IMG/VR virus record: IMGVR_UViG_3300049791_000126 | DNA length: 64,000 nt | Reading direction: 5' to 3' (one strand) | DNA from: an uncultured virus (IMG/VR IMGVR_UViG_3300049791_000126) | Lineage: Duplodnaviria > Heunggongvirae > Uroviricota > Caudoviricetes | Part shown: in pieces, positions 49,852-60,006 of the stretch | Layout of the letters: each line of letters begins with the position of its first letter | How positions within the stretch are numbered: the stretch's first letter is position 1 | The notes under the pieces: generated by a model | Databases searched by the model: none | Told to the model about the DNA's origin: nothing | Seen by the model: the letters and a program-made list of their open reading frames with translations, nothing else | Program-made: the position numbers and the translations under genes

Positions 49852-50882
49852 TGGAAGAAACGAAAAAGCCCGCTTGGTCGCGGCCAGAAAACTGGGTCGC
49901 TTGGCTCGGGCTCGGCGTGGGCGGGTACTTCGCCCTGAAATTCCTGGACGTGCTCCTGCCGCTCCTCGAGCGCGTGCTCGAGAACACCATATACACCGCC
50001 GCGCTCGCCGCAATCGTGGGCGTGCTCGGTTGGATCGTCGTGAGCAAAGACTTCCATCGACTTGCATGGATGGGATACAAGATGGCCATGCGGTGGCTGA
50101 CATCGCTGGTAATCAACATCGACCCCATCTCGATCCTCGAAGGGTACGTCGAAGAGTTGAAGAAGAAGTTCGGGGAGATCTCTTCCGCACTAGCGTCGCT
50201 CCGCGCGCAGTCGCGCGAGTTGACCCAGCTCATCCAAACCAAGACCTCCCACTACGAGCACAGCATGAATCTCGCCAAGGAGGCGCGCGATCATGGCGCT
50301 CAGGCGGGCATGAAGACACAGTTCGCGATCCAGTCGCGGAAGGCCGGGCGACTCGAGAAGACCGCCCTCACCTACCAGGGTCTCCTGAACAAAATCAAAG
50401 CGCACATCGCGCTGATGGAGAAGGTCCAGGAGGCGTCCAAATACATGATCGCCGACATCGAAGACACCGTCGAAGAGGAAACGGAGAAGCGCAAAACCAT
50501 CCGCGCGAGCTACCGCGCCATGGCCGCCTCCAAGGCCATCCTCCAGGCCGACAAGGATCGCGAGATGTATGACCTCGCTCTCAGCAACGTCCAATCTGAC
50601 TACTTCAACAAACTCGGCGAAATCGATCAGTTCATGGAGGACTCCAAAGACTTCATCAACACCATGGATCTCGAAAATGGCATCGCCGATCTCGACGCCA
50701 TGGCCAAACTCGAAGCTTGGGACCAACGTGCAAGCTCGCTGCTCGAAGGCGGCAGCGGAAAAACCAAATTCCGCGTCGGCGGCGACTCTCCCCTCGCTCG
50801 CCACGACGAGCTCGATACCGAATCCTCCCCGGACACAAAGAAGCCACAGTCGTTCGCGAGCTTGTTCGACAAGCTCGACTGA
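49848..50882 (+). CDS. Two-TM protein with a long PspA-like coiled coil
   Basis: N-terminal TMs, then DPISIL followed by long heptad helices. Confidence 0.7.
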   Translation: MMEETKKPAWSRPENWVAWLGLGVGGYFALKFLDVLLPLLERVLENTIYTAALAAIVGVLGWIVVSKDFHRLAWMGYKMAMRWLTSLVINIDPISILEGYVEELKKKFGEISSALASLRAQSRELTQLIQTKTSHYEHSMNLAKEARDHGAQAGMKTQFAIQSRKAGRLEKTALTYQGLLNKIKAHIALMEKVQEASKYMIADIEDTVEEETEKRKTIRASYRAMAASKAILQADKDREMYDLALSNVQSDYFNKLGEIDQFMEDSKDFINTMDLENGIADLDAMAKLEAWDQRASSLLEGGSGKTKFRVGGDSPLARHDELDTESSPDTKKPQSFASLFDKLD

Positions 50883-50917
50883 GCTCCGTCACTCACTCCC
50901 ACAAAAAAAGAAAATCC

Positions 50918-52735
50918 ATGTCGAATCAATTCAAAATCAAAAAGGGCAAATTTATCGCCCTGATCGTACTCGTCGCTATGGTGTTCGGCCTGCGCTATGC
51001 CCACAACAACGGTCTCCTCGGTCCAGCCGGAGCCGGCAGCGCATCCGTTCCACAAGTCGCAGCCCTCCCTGAAGCTGAAGCGACGACCGCCGCCATGAGC
51101 CAGATCTCACAAGCCGCTCTCCCGAGCCAGACCGCAGTCAGCGTCCCCGGTCCAGAAATCCGCTCGCTCGTGATGGCCTGGAACTCCCAAATGGGAGAGG
51201 TATTCGCCAACGGCGGACCGACGCCTACAACGGGAAGCCTGATGGCTCAGCGCGGCGTCAACCTCCACATCATCCGCGAAGACGACGTGGGGAAAATGCA
51301 GACTCAGCTCGTCGCCTTCGCCAAAGCACTTCGTGACGGGAACGCGCAGCCGACCGACGGCGCGCAGTTCATGAGCGTCATGGGCGACGGCAGCGCTGCC
51401 ACCATCGCCGGGATCTTGTCCATGATGGACGAGGTGAAGCCCAAGCTCGGCCCGGAGTACATGCCGGAAGTGATCGGCAGCGCCGGCTACTCACGCGGCG
51501 AAGACAAACTCATGGGCCCACCAGCCTGGAAGGAGACCCCGAAGCTCGCCAAGGGATCGCTCATCAGCGGCTACCTGCGCGACGGCGACTGGAACATCGC
51601 CCTCAAGTGGGCGAGCGACAACGGCATCAAGAACAACCCCGACGAGAAGACCTGGGACGCGGACGCCATCAACTGGTACGCGGCCAATGACTTCATCGAA
51701 GCCGGCGCGAAATACATCGAGGGCGTGTGCGAAGATCGCCCAGTCGTGAGCCTCGGCAAACGCACCGGCGGGGCCATGCACGTGTGCATCAATGGCGTCG
51801 TGACCTGGACGCCGGGCGATGTCAACGTGGCCCGCGACAAGGGCGGGCTCGTCTCGATCGTCTCGACCAAGGAGTACCGCAGCCAGATGCCGAACACCAT
51901 CATCGGCATCCGCAAATGGGACCAAGACAACCGGAAACTCGTCGAAGAAATGCTCGCTGCCATGTACGAAGGCGGCGACCAGGTGAAGGCGTATCCGGCC
52001 GCGCTCACGCGCGCCGCGGCGGCCTCCGCACTCGTGTACAAGGAGAAGGACGGCGCGTACTGGGAAAAATATTACAAGGGCACCATCGAGACGGACAAGC
52101 AGGGATTGCAGGTCGAGCTCGGCGGGTCGAGCGCCAATAACCTTCAAGATGCGCTCTATCTGTATGGGCTTGTGCCAGGTTCGGCGAATTTGTTCGCGGC
52201 GACCTACACGATCTTCGGCAACGTCGTGAAGCAACAGTACCCACGCTTGGTACCAAGTTTTCCGCCTGCCGATCAGATTCTCAACACCTCCTACACGACA
52301 AACATCGCCGCGCGCAGCGGCGGGCAGGTCGCAGGCAAGGCGGACACGCCGGTGTTTAGCCAGTCGCCCATGAAAGAGAAGGTCAGCACGCGTTCCTGGG
52401 CCATCAACTTCGCCACCGGGAGCGCCACCTTCACTCCTGACTCGACGACACAACTCGAAGAACTGAAAAACGGTCTCCTCGTCGCCGACGATCTGGTCAT
52501 CAGCCTGGAAGGCCACACAGACAACACGGGTGATCCCGGGAACAACATCACGCTTTCGCAGGCACGCGCGGGCGCGGTCGAGACTTGGCTCACGAAGCAA
52601 TCGCCTTCGAGCTTTCCTCGGGATCGCTTCGTGTCGGTCAAAGGGCTCGGGGATACTCACCCCGTCGCGTCCAACGACTCGGAAACCGGGCGCGCGAAAA
52701 ACCGCCGCGTCGTCGTCACCCTCGGCACCAACTAA
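50918..52735 (+). CDS. ABC substrate-binding protein fused to a C-terminal OmpA-like domain
   Basis: N-terminal anchor, PBP-like core, then INFATGS, EGHTDNTG, LSQARA and NRRV. Confidence 0.85.
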   Translation: MSNQFKIKKGKFIALIVLVAMVFGLRYAHNNGLLGPAGAGSASVPQVAALPEAEATTAAMSQISQAALPSQTAVSVPGPEIRSLVMAWNSQMGEVFANGGPTPTTGSLMAQRGVNLHIIREDDVGKMQTQLVAFAKALRDGNAQPTDGAQFMSVMGDGSAATIAGILSMMDEVKPKLGPEYMPEVIGSAGYSRGEDKLMGPPAWKETPKLAKGSLISGYLRDGDWNIALKWASDNGIKNNPDEKTWDADAINWYAANDFIEAGAKYIEGVCEDRPVVSLGKRTGGAMHVCINGVVTWTPGDVNVARDKGGLVSIVSTKEYRSQMPNTIIGIRKWDQDNRKLVEEMLAAMYEGGDQVKAYPAALTRAAAASALVYKEKDGAYWEKYYKGTIETDKQGLQVELGGSSANNLQDALYLYGLVPGSANLFAATYTIFGNVVKQQYPRLVPSFPPADQILNTSYTTNIAARSGGQVAGKADTPVFSQSPMKEKVSTRSWAINFATGSATFTPDSTTQLEELKNGLLVADDLVISLEGHTDNTGDPGNNITLSQARAGAVETWLTKQSPSSFPRDRFVSVKGLGDTHPVASNDSETGRAKNRRVVVTLGTN

Positions 52736-53514
52736 TGCTCAACGCCTTCCGACCCAATCGCATCTTGTCGAGCAAGGCGTGGAGCCTCATCCTCGGCGTC
52801 CAGCTGGGAGCGCTCTTGCTCGCCTGGACGCTCGGGGGGGCTTTTCTCATCCCGAGTCCACTCGGCGTCGGGCGCGCTTTCGTGGGGCTCGTTCGGAACG
52901 AAGGCCTCATCTACGAGCTCGGCGTCAGCCTCCGCGTCAACATCGAGGCTCTCGCTATCAGTACGGCGCTGTCGATCGGGCTCGCCTACTTGACTGTCAT
53001 GCCGTTCATGAGGTCGGTAGTGGGGCTCTTGTCGAAGGCGCGGTTCTTTGGGATGTCGGGGTTCGTGGTGATATTCACGATGGCCTTCGGCGGGGGGCAC
53101 GCGCTCAAGGTGTCCTTGCTCGTCTTTGCGATGACCGTATTTCTGGTCACGACGATGGCGAGCGTCGTGGCCCAAATACCGCGGGACAAGTTCGACCACG
53201 CCCGGAGTCTGCGCATGGGCGACTGGCGCATCGTCTGGGAGGTCGTCGTGCTCGGCGGGGCCGACCAAGCCTTCGAGGCCCTGCGCCAAAATGCGGCCAT
53301 CGGTTGGATGATGCTCACGGTCGTCGAGGGGCTCGTGCGCTCGGAGGGCGGCATCGGGGCGCTGATGCTCAACCAATCTAAATACATGCAACTCGACGCC
53401 GTCTTCGCGGCGCAGCTCACCGTGCTGACTGTAGGCATCGGACAAGATCTCTTCATCACTTGGATGAAAGAACGCGTGTGCCCGCACGCGAGCCTCTCAC
53501 TGGAGCGTCGATGA
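52735..53514 (+). CDS. ABC transporter permease (nitrate/sulfonate type)
   Basis: IPSP, multiple TMs, EAA-like FDHARSLRMG and EGLVRSEGGIG. Confidence 0.88.
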   Translation: MLNAFRPNRILSSKAWSLILGVQLGALLLAWTLGGAFLIPSPLGVGRAFVGLVRNEGLIYELGVSLRVNIEALAISTALSIGLAYLTVMPFMRSVVGLLSKARFFGMSGFVVIFTMAFGGGHALKVSLLVFAMTVFLVTTMASVVAQIPRDKFDHARSLRMGDWRIVWEVVVLGGADQAFEALRQNAAIGWMMLTVVEGLVRSEGGIGALMLNQSKYMQLDAVFAAQLTVLTVGIGQDLFITWMKERVCPHASLSLERR

Positions 53515-54350
53515 CTCCGTTGCCCTACGAGCTCAAAGAGACCCTGGTCAGCATCGCGGACGTATCCCTGAAATTCGGGGACAAGGTGATTCTCAAACCC
53601 ATCCACGCCGAGGTCCGGGACATCATACGTCCCGGGATGTGCCAGGGGCAGATCGTCGGGATCTTGGGACCGAGCGGCATCGGCAAGACGCAGTTCAGTC
53701 GGATCTTGTCCGGGCTGCAGCAGCCCACGACGGGCTCGATCAGCATCGAAGTCGAAGAAGGCGGCAAGCGAAGCCGCATCCCCGTGCGCGCGGGGCTCGT
53801 CGGCATGGTGGCGCAGGACTACCCGCTCTTCAAGCATCGCACCGTGCGCGGCAACTTGCTTGTCGCCCTCGAGCACACGCCCGAGAAGGAGCGCTCCCCG
53901 CGCGTTGCCGAGTACTTGGAGCGCTTCGGGATGACGGACAAGGCGGAACTCTACCCGGCCCAGCTGTCTGGCGGCCAGCGCCAACGGGTGAGCATCATCC
54001 AGGAGCTCCTGAGCTCCGAGCACTACATCGTCATGGACGAGCCGTTCACGGGGCTCGATCCGGTGATGAAGGACAAGGTGTGTGACTTGATCGTGCAGGT
54101 AGCCAACCTCGATGAGCGGAACACGATCTTCGTCGTTGCCCACGACATCGCGAGCCTCGTCGCCATCTCCGACACTCTTTGGCTATTTGGCAGAGACCGT
54201 AACGCGCAGGGGAGCCCGATCCCAGGCGCCACCATCAAAGCCACCTACGATCTCATTGGGCGCGGGCTTGCGTGGCAGCCCGCGCTCACCACGACGCGCG
54301 AGTTTTCTGACTTCGTGAGCGAAGTCAAAGAGCAGTTTCGAAACCTGTAA
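53511..54350 (+). CDS. ABC transporter ATP-binding protein
   Basis: GPSGIGKT, LSGGQRQR, MDEPF and AHD. Confidence 0.95.
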   Translation: MTPLPYELKETLVSIADVSLKFGDKVILKPIHAEVRDIIRPGMCQGQIVGILGPSGIGKTQFSRILSGLQQPTTGSISIEVEEGGKRSRIPVRAGLVGMVAQDYPLFKHRTVRGNLLVALEHTPEKERSPRVAEYLERFGMTDKAELYPAQLSGGQRQRVSIIQELLSSEHYIVMDEPFTGLDPVMKDKVCDLIVQVANLDERNTIFVVAHDIASLVAISDTLWLFGRDRNAQGSPIPGATIKATYDLIGRGLAWQPALTTTREFSDFVSEVKEQFRNL

Positions 54351-54378
54351 GGATTCTTTTTTTTCTGGAGCGTCACCC

Positions 54379-55533
54379 ATGCAAATCGTTCTCAATCGTC
54401 AAGACTTGCTGACCGTCCTCAAGCGCGTCGGCAGCGCCGTCAACTCCACCGACATGCTGTCGGTCCGCCGCAGCGTGCTCATCGTAGCCCCTGACGGCGG
54501 CGGGCCCCTCACCTTCGGGGCCACCGACGGCATGCTCGGGATCGTCTGCCAAGCCGCGGGCGAGACCAAGGCACCGGGGCGCGCGCTCCTCAATCACCGC
54601 GATCTCGTGAGCCGCGTCGACCGGCTCCCCGAGGGGCACGTGGAGCTCACGGTGGATGGGAAGTTCCACGTGCTCATCCGATCGTCGGCTAGCAAAATGA
54701 AGTTCACGATGACCGGGTTTGCGCCCGAGGACTTTCCGGCGCTCTTGAGCGAAAAGCCAGGCGAGCCCATGTACTCGATCGAAGCGAAGATCTTGCAGCA
54801 GGCGGCAAGCGAGGTCGCCTTCGGGATCGCAAAGGATCGCATCGACGGGGCCCTCCTCGCGCCGGGCGAGGACAAGCGCTTTCACCTCGTGACCCTGAGC
54901 GGGCATGCCATGGCGGTCGCGACCGGCTGGTTTACTGAGCGCCACCAGTCTGGCGATCTGCTCCTCCCCCGCACTCTCCTCGAAGCCCTCGGGAGCATTG
55001 ATCCGAAGGCCACTATCACGCTCTCCACGGACGCTTCCAGCATCTACGCCGAAGCCCCCGGGATGCTGGTCCGCGCTTCCCAGCTGCAAGCGAAACTTCC
55101 GGCAGACTTCCAGCGCGTGCTCGCGAGCGCGCCTCAGGCCAAGCGCTTCAGCGTCTCGAGCGACGCATTCCTCACGAGCGTGAAGGCCGTCTCGGTCGCG
55201 GCCGACTACGTCGAGGGAGCCGAGCGGTTTATTCAGATCGACGTGAGCTGCGACGAAGGCGTCGCCACCGTCCGAACGCGGCAGAGCGAGCGGAGCCAGG
55301 GCGAGGACGATCTCAGCGTGACCGACGCGGGTCCGGGCGCGTTTGAGTTCCACGTGGACGCGGCGGTCTTGTCGCAGGCGCTTCGCTCGTTTGCGCCCGC
55401 TGATCTCGATCTGTATTACGACATGGTGATGGGGCAGGACGCGCTCTTCCTCAAGAACGAAACCCTCAGCGTCATGATGTCGCTCATCAGTGACATCAAA
55501 GCCAAGCCGCCGGCGGCAAAGGACAAGAAATAA
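54379..55533 (+). CDS. dnaN: DNA polymerase III beta sliding clamp
   Basis: 384 aa, three-domain pattern (FGATD, EDFP, TLSGH, DFQRVL). Confidence 0.85.
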   Translation: MQIVLNRQDLLTVLKRVGSAVNSTDMLSVRRSVLIVAPDGGGPLTFGATDGMLGIVCQAAGETKAPGRALLNHRDLVSRVDRLPEGHVELTVDGKFHVLIRSSASKMKFTMTGFAPEDFPALLSEKPGEPMYSIEAKILQQAASEVAFGIAKDRIDGALLAPGEDKRFHLVTLSGHAMAVATGWFTERHQSGDLLLPRTLLEALGSIDPKATITLSTDASSIYAEAPGMLVRASQLQAKLPADFQRVLASAPQAKRFSVSSDAFLTSVKAVSVAADYVEGAERFIQIDVSCDEGVATVRTRQSERSQGEDDLSVTDAGPGAFEFHVDAAVLSQALRSFAPADLDLYYDMVMGQDALFLKNETLSVMMSLISDIKAKPPAAKDKK

Positions 55534-55535
55534 GC

Positions 55536-56562
55536 GTGGCCAATCCAATCACTGAGGAAGACGCATTCATGCGCGTCAACCTCTACCTGACGCGACAGAC
55601 CGCTGGCCCTCAAGAGAGCCAGTTATCGTGTTTGTTCTGTTTCAATAGCCACGGGGTCGAGTGGGAGACGAGCTTTCGTCCAGAGGGAACCGGCAAGCTC
55701 ATCACGGCGGGCGTCTGCGAGGGATGCCGCGCGCGCCTTGAGCGCGTCCACGGTGAGATCCTTGCTGACCTCGCTCTAGCCTTTGCGGAGTTCGAGCACG
55801 AGCTATTGCTCTGCCCAGCGACGACCGTCCACGGCATGGAAGAATCCACCTCCGTCTGCTCGAACTGCGGCACATCATCCGAGGACTTCCACACCATCCG
55901 CGACTGCTTCGCCCGGTACAAGCAGGCGGAGGACAACGCCCACAACCAGGTCTGCGATTATCTCAGTGCGCGCATCGCGTATCTCGAAAAAGAGCTCCAC
56001 GTCTTCTGGGATGGCGACTCGATCTGGGTCGTGGCGCATGACAGCGACGACGCGGCGCTCGTCTATGCCGAGCACATCGGCGACGTGGATTCGTTCGACG
56101 CGCTACAATTCACTCGCGTCCCTGACGAGCAACAGATTGCGATCCGTGTCTGGGTGAGCGGGCCAGACAAGGGCGAGATCGCTTCGGCCGACGAGGAGGA
56201 CGGCACGGACGCGATTGCCCCGCGCATGGAGAGCGCGCGCTTCTGGGCTCGGCTAGAGGGGCGTGGGTTCTTGTGCACGACGGACTACTGATGACCTATT
56301 GCCACCGCTGCGGGTGGTTCGAGAGGAAAGAGAAGAGGAGCCCATGACCAACGACGACGACACCAAAAAAGCCCCCGGCCTCACCGTCGGACAACTTCGC
56401 AAGGCCCTCGATGGCGTCCAGGACGACATGGAGGTGACCATCCGAACAGATGCCTTCTGCGGGGGCATCATCAGCGCGAGCGCCGAGCTTAGCTGCTACG
56501 ACATCGAGCACTTCGCCATCGACTGCTCGGATGACGAAGACGACTTCGACGAGGTCGAATGA
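55536..56562 (+). CDS. Two hypothetical genes (55536-56291, 56344-56562)
   Basis: ORF packing; GAGGAG before 56344. Confidence 0.55.
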
Positions 56563-56843
56563 AACCCGGATACGAGCCCAAGACCCTCGGCGGAAAACTC
56601 ACGTGGCTCATGGAGGAGTGCCACGAGGTCGGTCAAGCGGTCGACAAGACGCTGCGACTCGCCTTCGAATGCACCAACGCAGACGAAGCAGGTGTCACAC
56701 CAACCATGCTCGTCCTCTGGGCGCTCAACGGCGGGAACCCCGAGCTCGACCCTTGGACGCGCGAATCGAACCGCGATTGGATCCTGCGCGAGCTCACCGA
56801 TCTCGAGCTCGCCATCTCCGCCGTGAAGAAAGCCCTCGCTTGA
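56559..56843 (+). CDS. MazG-like all-alpha NTP pyrophosphatase
   Basis: LMEECHEV...RELTDL (EExxE...ExxD). Confidence 0.55.
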   Translation: MKPGYEPKTLGGKLTWLMEECHEVGQAVDKTLRLAFECTNADEAGVTPTMLVLWALNGGNPELDPWTRESNRDWILRELTDLELAISAVKKALA

Positions 56844-57029
56844 ACACCCACCCTTCCGCTCTTCCAAAGCCCGATCACACCTGCATCTCCGGCGTCGTCA
56901 ACTGCGGCTACGCCCTCAGCCAAACCTTCACTTGCGCCAGCTGCCAGCGCGATGTCTGCTGGTGTGATGGCGGCAGCGGATGCGAAACTGACGGCGATCT
57001 CTGCTCTGCATGCGCCAACAAGAAGCACC

Positions 57030-58251
57030 ATGGCAAGACCAAAACATAAACCGAAGACCGCACGCGATCTCCGCTTCGAGCTGATCGCTGCCAAGCAACT
57101 CATCATCGAGCTGAGAGAGCACATCGAGCACCTCACCGAGTCGCTCCGACAATCACGCGCCGACGCCAAAGCGCTCGCCACCCTCACCCGCTAGGATCCC
57201 CATTGGCCTCCAAGAACAAACCAAAATCATCCAAACTCCCGAAGCGAAAGAAACGCCCCAAGCTCACCGAGCGCAACCGCCGCGCTGGCGGCTCTGTCGT
57301 CACAACCGACATCGGTCCGAGTCTCGATCGCCTGCAGGTCGTAGGCAAAGATCTGCCCGAGAGTTACGCTGGCCTCGGCGTGCTCGGATCGCACCAGATA
57401 GAAGCCGGCATGGTGGCGCTCGCACGCGGCACCGATGCGCTCGTGACGCGCGTCGTCGAATCAGCACGCGAGGGCTCGCGCGATCCCGCCGAGCACCTGC
57501 TCGACTTGTCGCGTTCCTACTACCAGGAGGAGACGGCGCAAGGCAGTCACAACGTGCAGTGTGATCGTTGCAAGTTGAAATCCCCGGGCATGGCATCGAC
57601 AGCAAAGGCCTCCACACTGGCCCAGTCCTTGGGCTGGATCGTGACCGATGATTTCGATCACTGCCCTGCCTGCAAAGACGGAGGCCTGATGCTTCCGGGG
57701 GCGAGCGCTGCGCTCGCAGTAATGCCGGCGCTCACGCCGGCCGAGATGATCTTCATAGTCCGCATCCGCTACATCGTGGACAAGATCGAAGAGGGCGCGT
57801 CGGTGGATGCATTCCTCAAGAATGCTTCCCGATCCGGCCACCGATCGATGCTGAGCGATTTGGCCGCGAGCACCCGCTACGACACCATCCCGCTCACCGA
57901 ACAAATCACCGCGCTCATCGAGCGCGGCGCGGATGTGCACGCACTCTTCTCTTCGGACTCGACAAAAATATGCTCTTTCTTTTTTCGGCTGTACGAAGCG
58001 TTGAGGAAGGAGGACGCCGGGTAATGGGCCTCATCGACAACATCAAGGCCGGCATCGAGCAGGGACTCCAGGAGCAAGACACGACCGATCTCGAGACCGA
58101 ACTTCACCTCACTCGGATCCAGGCGATCGGCTTACACCGCTGGGCCCTAGACATCGCCTGGGTATTCTTCTGGTGGGGATTTCGAATCGGGATCGGTGTC
58201 AGCATGCTCGTCGCCATTGTCTACGCGATCGGGCGCTGGTGGCTTCGATGA
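57030..58251 (+). CDS. Three hypothetical genes (57030-57194, 57203-58024 with CxxC pairs, 58024-58251 membrane)
   Basis: Consecutive ORFs. Confidence 0.55.
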
Positions 58252-58360
58252 AAGCTCCGCATGGAAACCCCGAGGCACGCTATTCGCAACGCACGCGGCA
58301 AGTCACGCTTCCCCCGAATAAACACCGTGACGTAACGCCCCACCTGCGGAGAAAAGTCAC

Positions 58361-58558
58361 ATGACCCTCATCGGATTGATCGTCGTTCTCATCGTCATCG
58401 GCGTGCTCTTGTACCTCGTGAATTCCATCATCCCCATGGACGCCAAGATCAAGCTGATCCTGAACGTCGTCGTGGTGCTCGTCGTCTGCTTGTGGCTGCT
58501 CAGCAGCTTCGGACTCTTGACTGGCGGTGCCCTCGGCACGCCGATACGAATTAGGTAA
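58361..58558 (+). CDS. Small two-TM membrane protein (Thivi_2564-like)
   Basis: LIVIGVLLYLVNSIIPMDAKIKLILNVVVV. Confidence 0.7.
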   Translation: MTLIGLIVVLIVIGVLLYLVNSIIPMDAKIKLILNVVVVLVVCLWLLSSFGLLTGGALGTPIRIR

Positions 58559-58565
58559 AAACACA

Positions 58566-59284
58566 ATGAGTGACGACCTCAATCAACTCGAGAATGCCGC
58601 TGATGATGTGCTCAGCGCGCTAAACCAGCATGCCCCTAATCTTGAGTGGATAGCCGCGATGCGGCGCATGCACTCGCTCCTTTCTGCTCCCCGAGTACTC
58701 GAGTTGGTTGCCGAGCTTCGTGCGCTACGCGCGCGAGATCCAAAGCCATGAAACACCACCTCAAAGCCCTACGCGAGTTTCTGTGCGACCACAACGCTGG
58801 GGATGCTACGCACTTCGCGCTCGACGCGATCACGCACCACCTCCGCATGCTCCCCGAGGAGCGCGACAAGCGCGCCTTCGTCGTCGGCGACTGGGTGCGG
58901 ATCCCCGTGCCCGATGGCGACGGTCCGGTCGCGAAAGTGATCGCGTTCACGGAAGGGGGGCTCCGCCTCAGCGGACTCGTCAGCACCTTCCAGCCCTACC
59001 AACTCGAGCACTGGTTTCCGTTCCAAGGCGAAGATCTCTGGAACAAGAAAGATCTCAAGCGAGCCACCGCCGAAGAGGCTCTCGCGCGCGGCGCCGACTA
59101 CATCTGGGTGCGCGACGGTCACAACGACGGTGCCCACTGGGATCTCGTCGACTGCGAGCCGTACGTCGGGCAGAATCGTGAGCAGAGCGTGCCCCGTACC
59201 CCGCGAGTCCCGCCGTGCCCTGTCGGCGAGGAGTCGGGCATCCCCGCGTGCGGCGACCCGAACTGCAAAGGGTCGCACGCATAA
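58566..59284 (+). CDS. Two hypothetical genes (58566-58751, 58748-59284)
   Basis: ATGA overlap. Confidence 0.55.
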
Positions 59285-59304
59285 GTGAATCCATGCCGTA
59301 CGGG

Positions 59305-59595
59305 TCACGGCCAAAGCTCTAGCTCAAGGCGACGCCGCAGATCTCGGATGCGAGCCCGCGCGAGCGCGTTGGGCGTCGTGAGTTCCAGCCAGTCCTCGGC
59401 GGCAGTGAGCGCAGACGCCATCGCCTCCCGCGCTGATCTTTTGTGACCGAATGAATCAGCGTCAAAACCGCTGTCGTAAAATTTGTGGAGCAACCACACG
59501 CGCACTTTGGACCCCGGCACGGCTCGCAGCACGTCCGACCATCCCAAAACGCTTCCTGAGCGACCCACCGAATTTTCGCCAGCTGAATTCCCCAT
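59305..59595 (-). CDS. Hypothetical protein
   Basis: AAGGAGG directly upstream. Confidence 0.6.
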   Translation of the reverse strand: MGNSAGENSVGRSGSVLGWSDVLRAVPGSKVRVWLLHKFYDSGFDADSFGHKRSAREAMASALTAAEDWLELTTPNALARARIRDLRRRLELELWP

Positions 59596-59603
59596 GCCTC
59601 CTT

Positions 59604-59632
59604 GTTTTACTGAACATTCATTCAGTAGTCAA
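59604..59632 (-). promoter_or_regulatory. Promoter TTGACT-N17-TAAAAC with overlapping palindrome TACTGAA-N6-TTCAGTA (59608-59627)
   Basis: Read directly in the divergent intergenic region. Confidence 0.6.
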
Positions 59633-59756
59633 CGCTTTTTAGCCTGCTCACCGGGTAGTCAGATGTCGCCTCACAGCTGCTCAAGCGTCGAGTAACATTT
59701 TCGCACCAAAATATCTTGCGCCTACACCGGAGGATCGCTTACTGATCGCCTCCCGC

Positions 59757-60002
59757 ATGTCGCAGCCCCCCGACGATTCGCCCCCTGAAACCTCAGAAGA
59801 CTCGCAAAAACCCATCCACATCAACCTCCGCCTGGACCCAGTGCATTACGCGGCGCTCCAGCGCATCGCGGCCGGCGCGCACCTGAAGGACCAGCAGGTT
59901 TTGCGGCATTTGATCCGGATTGCTGACCGGTTCATGCAGGGCAAAGCGTCGCCGTTCGTGGACAAACTCGAGGGGATTTTCCCTCAGCGCAAGGCTGGGT
60001 GA
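59757..60002 (+). CDS. Ribbon-helix-helix-like DNA-binding protein
   Basis: IHINLRLD...YAALQRIA...QQVLRHLI. Confidence 0.6.
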   Translation: MSQPPDDSPPETSEDSQKPIHINLRLDPVHYAALQRIAAGAHLKDQQVLRHLIRIADRFMQGKASPFVDKLEGIFPQRKAG

Positions 60003-60006
60003 GCCG

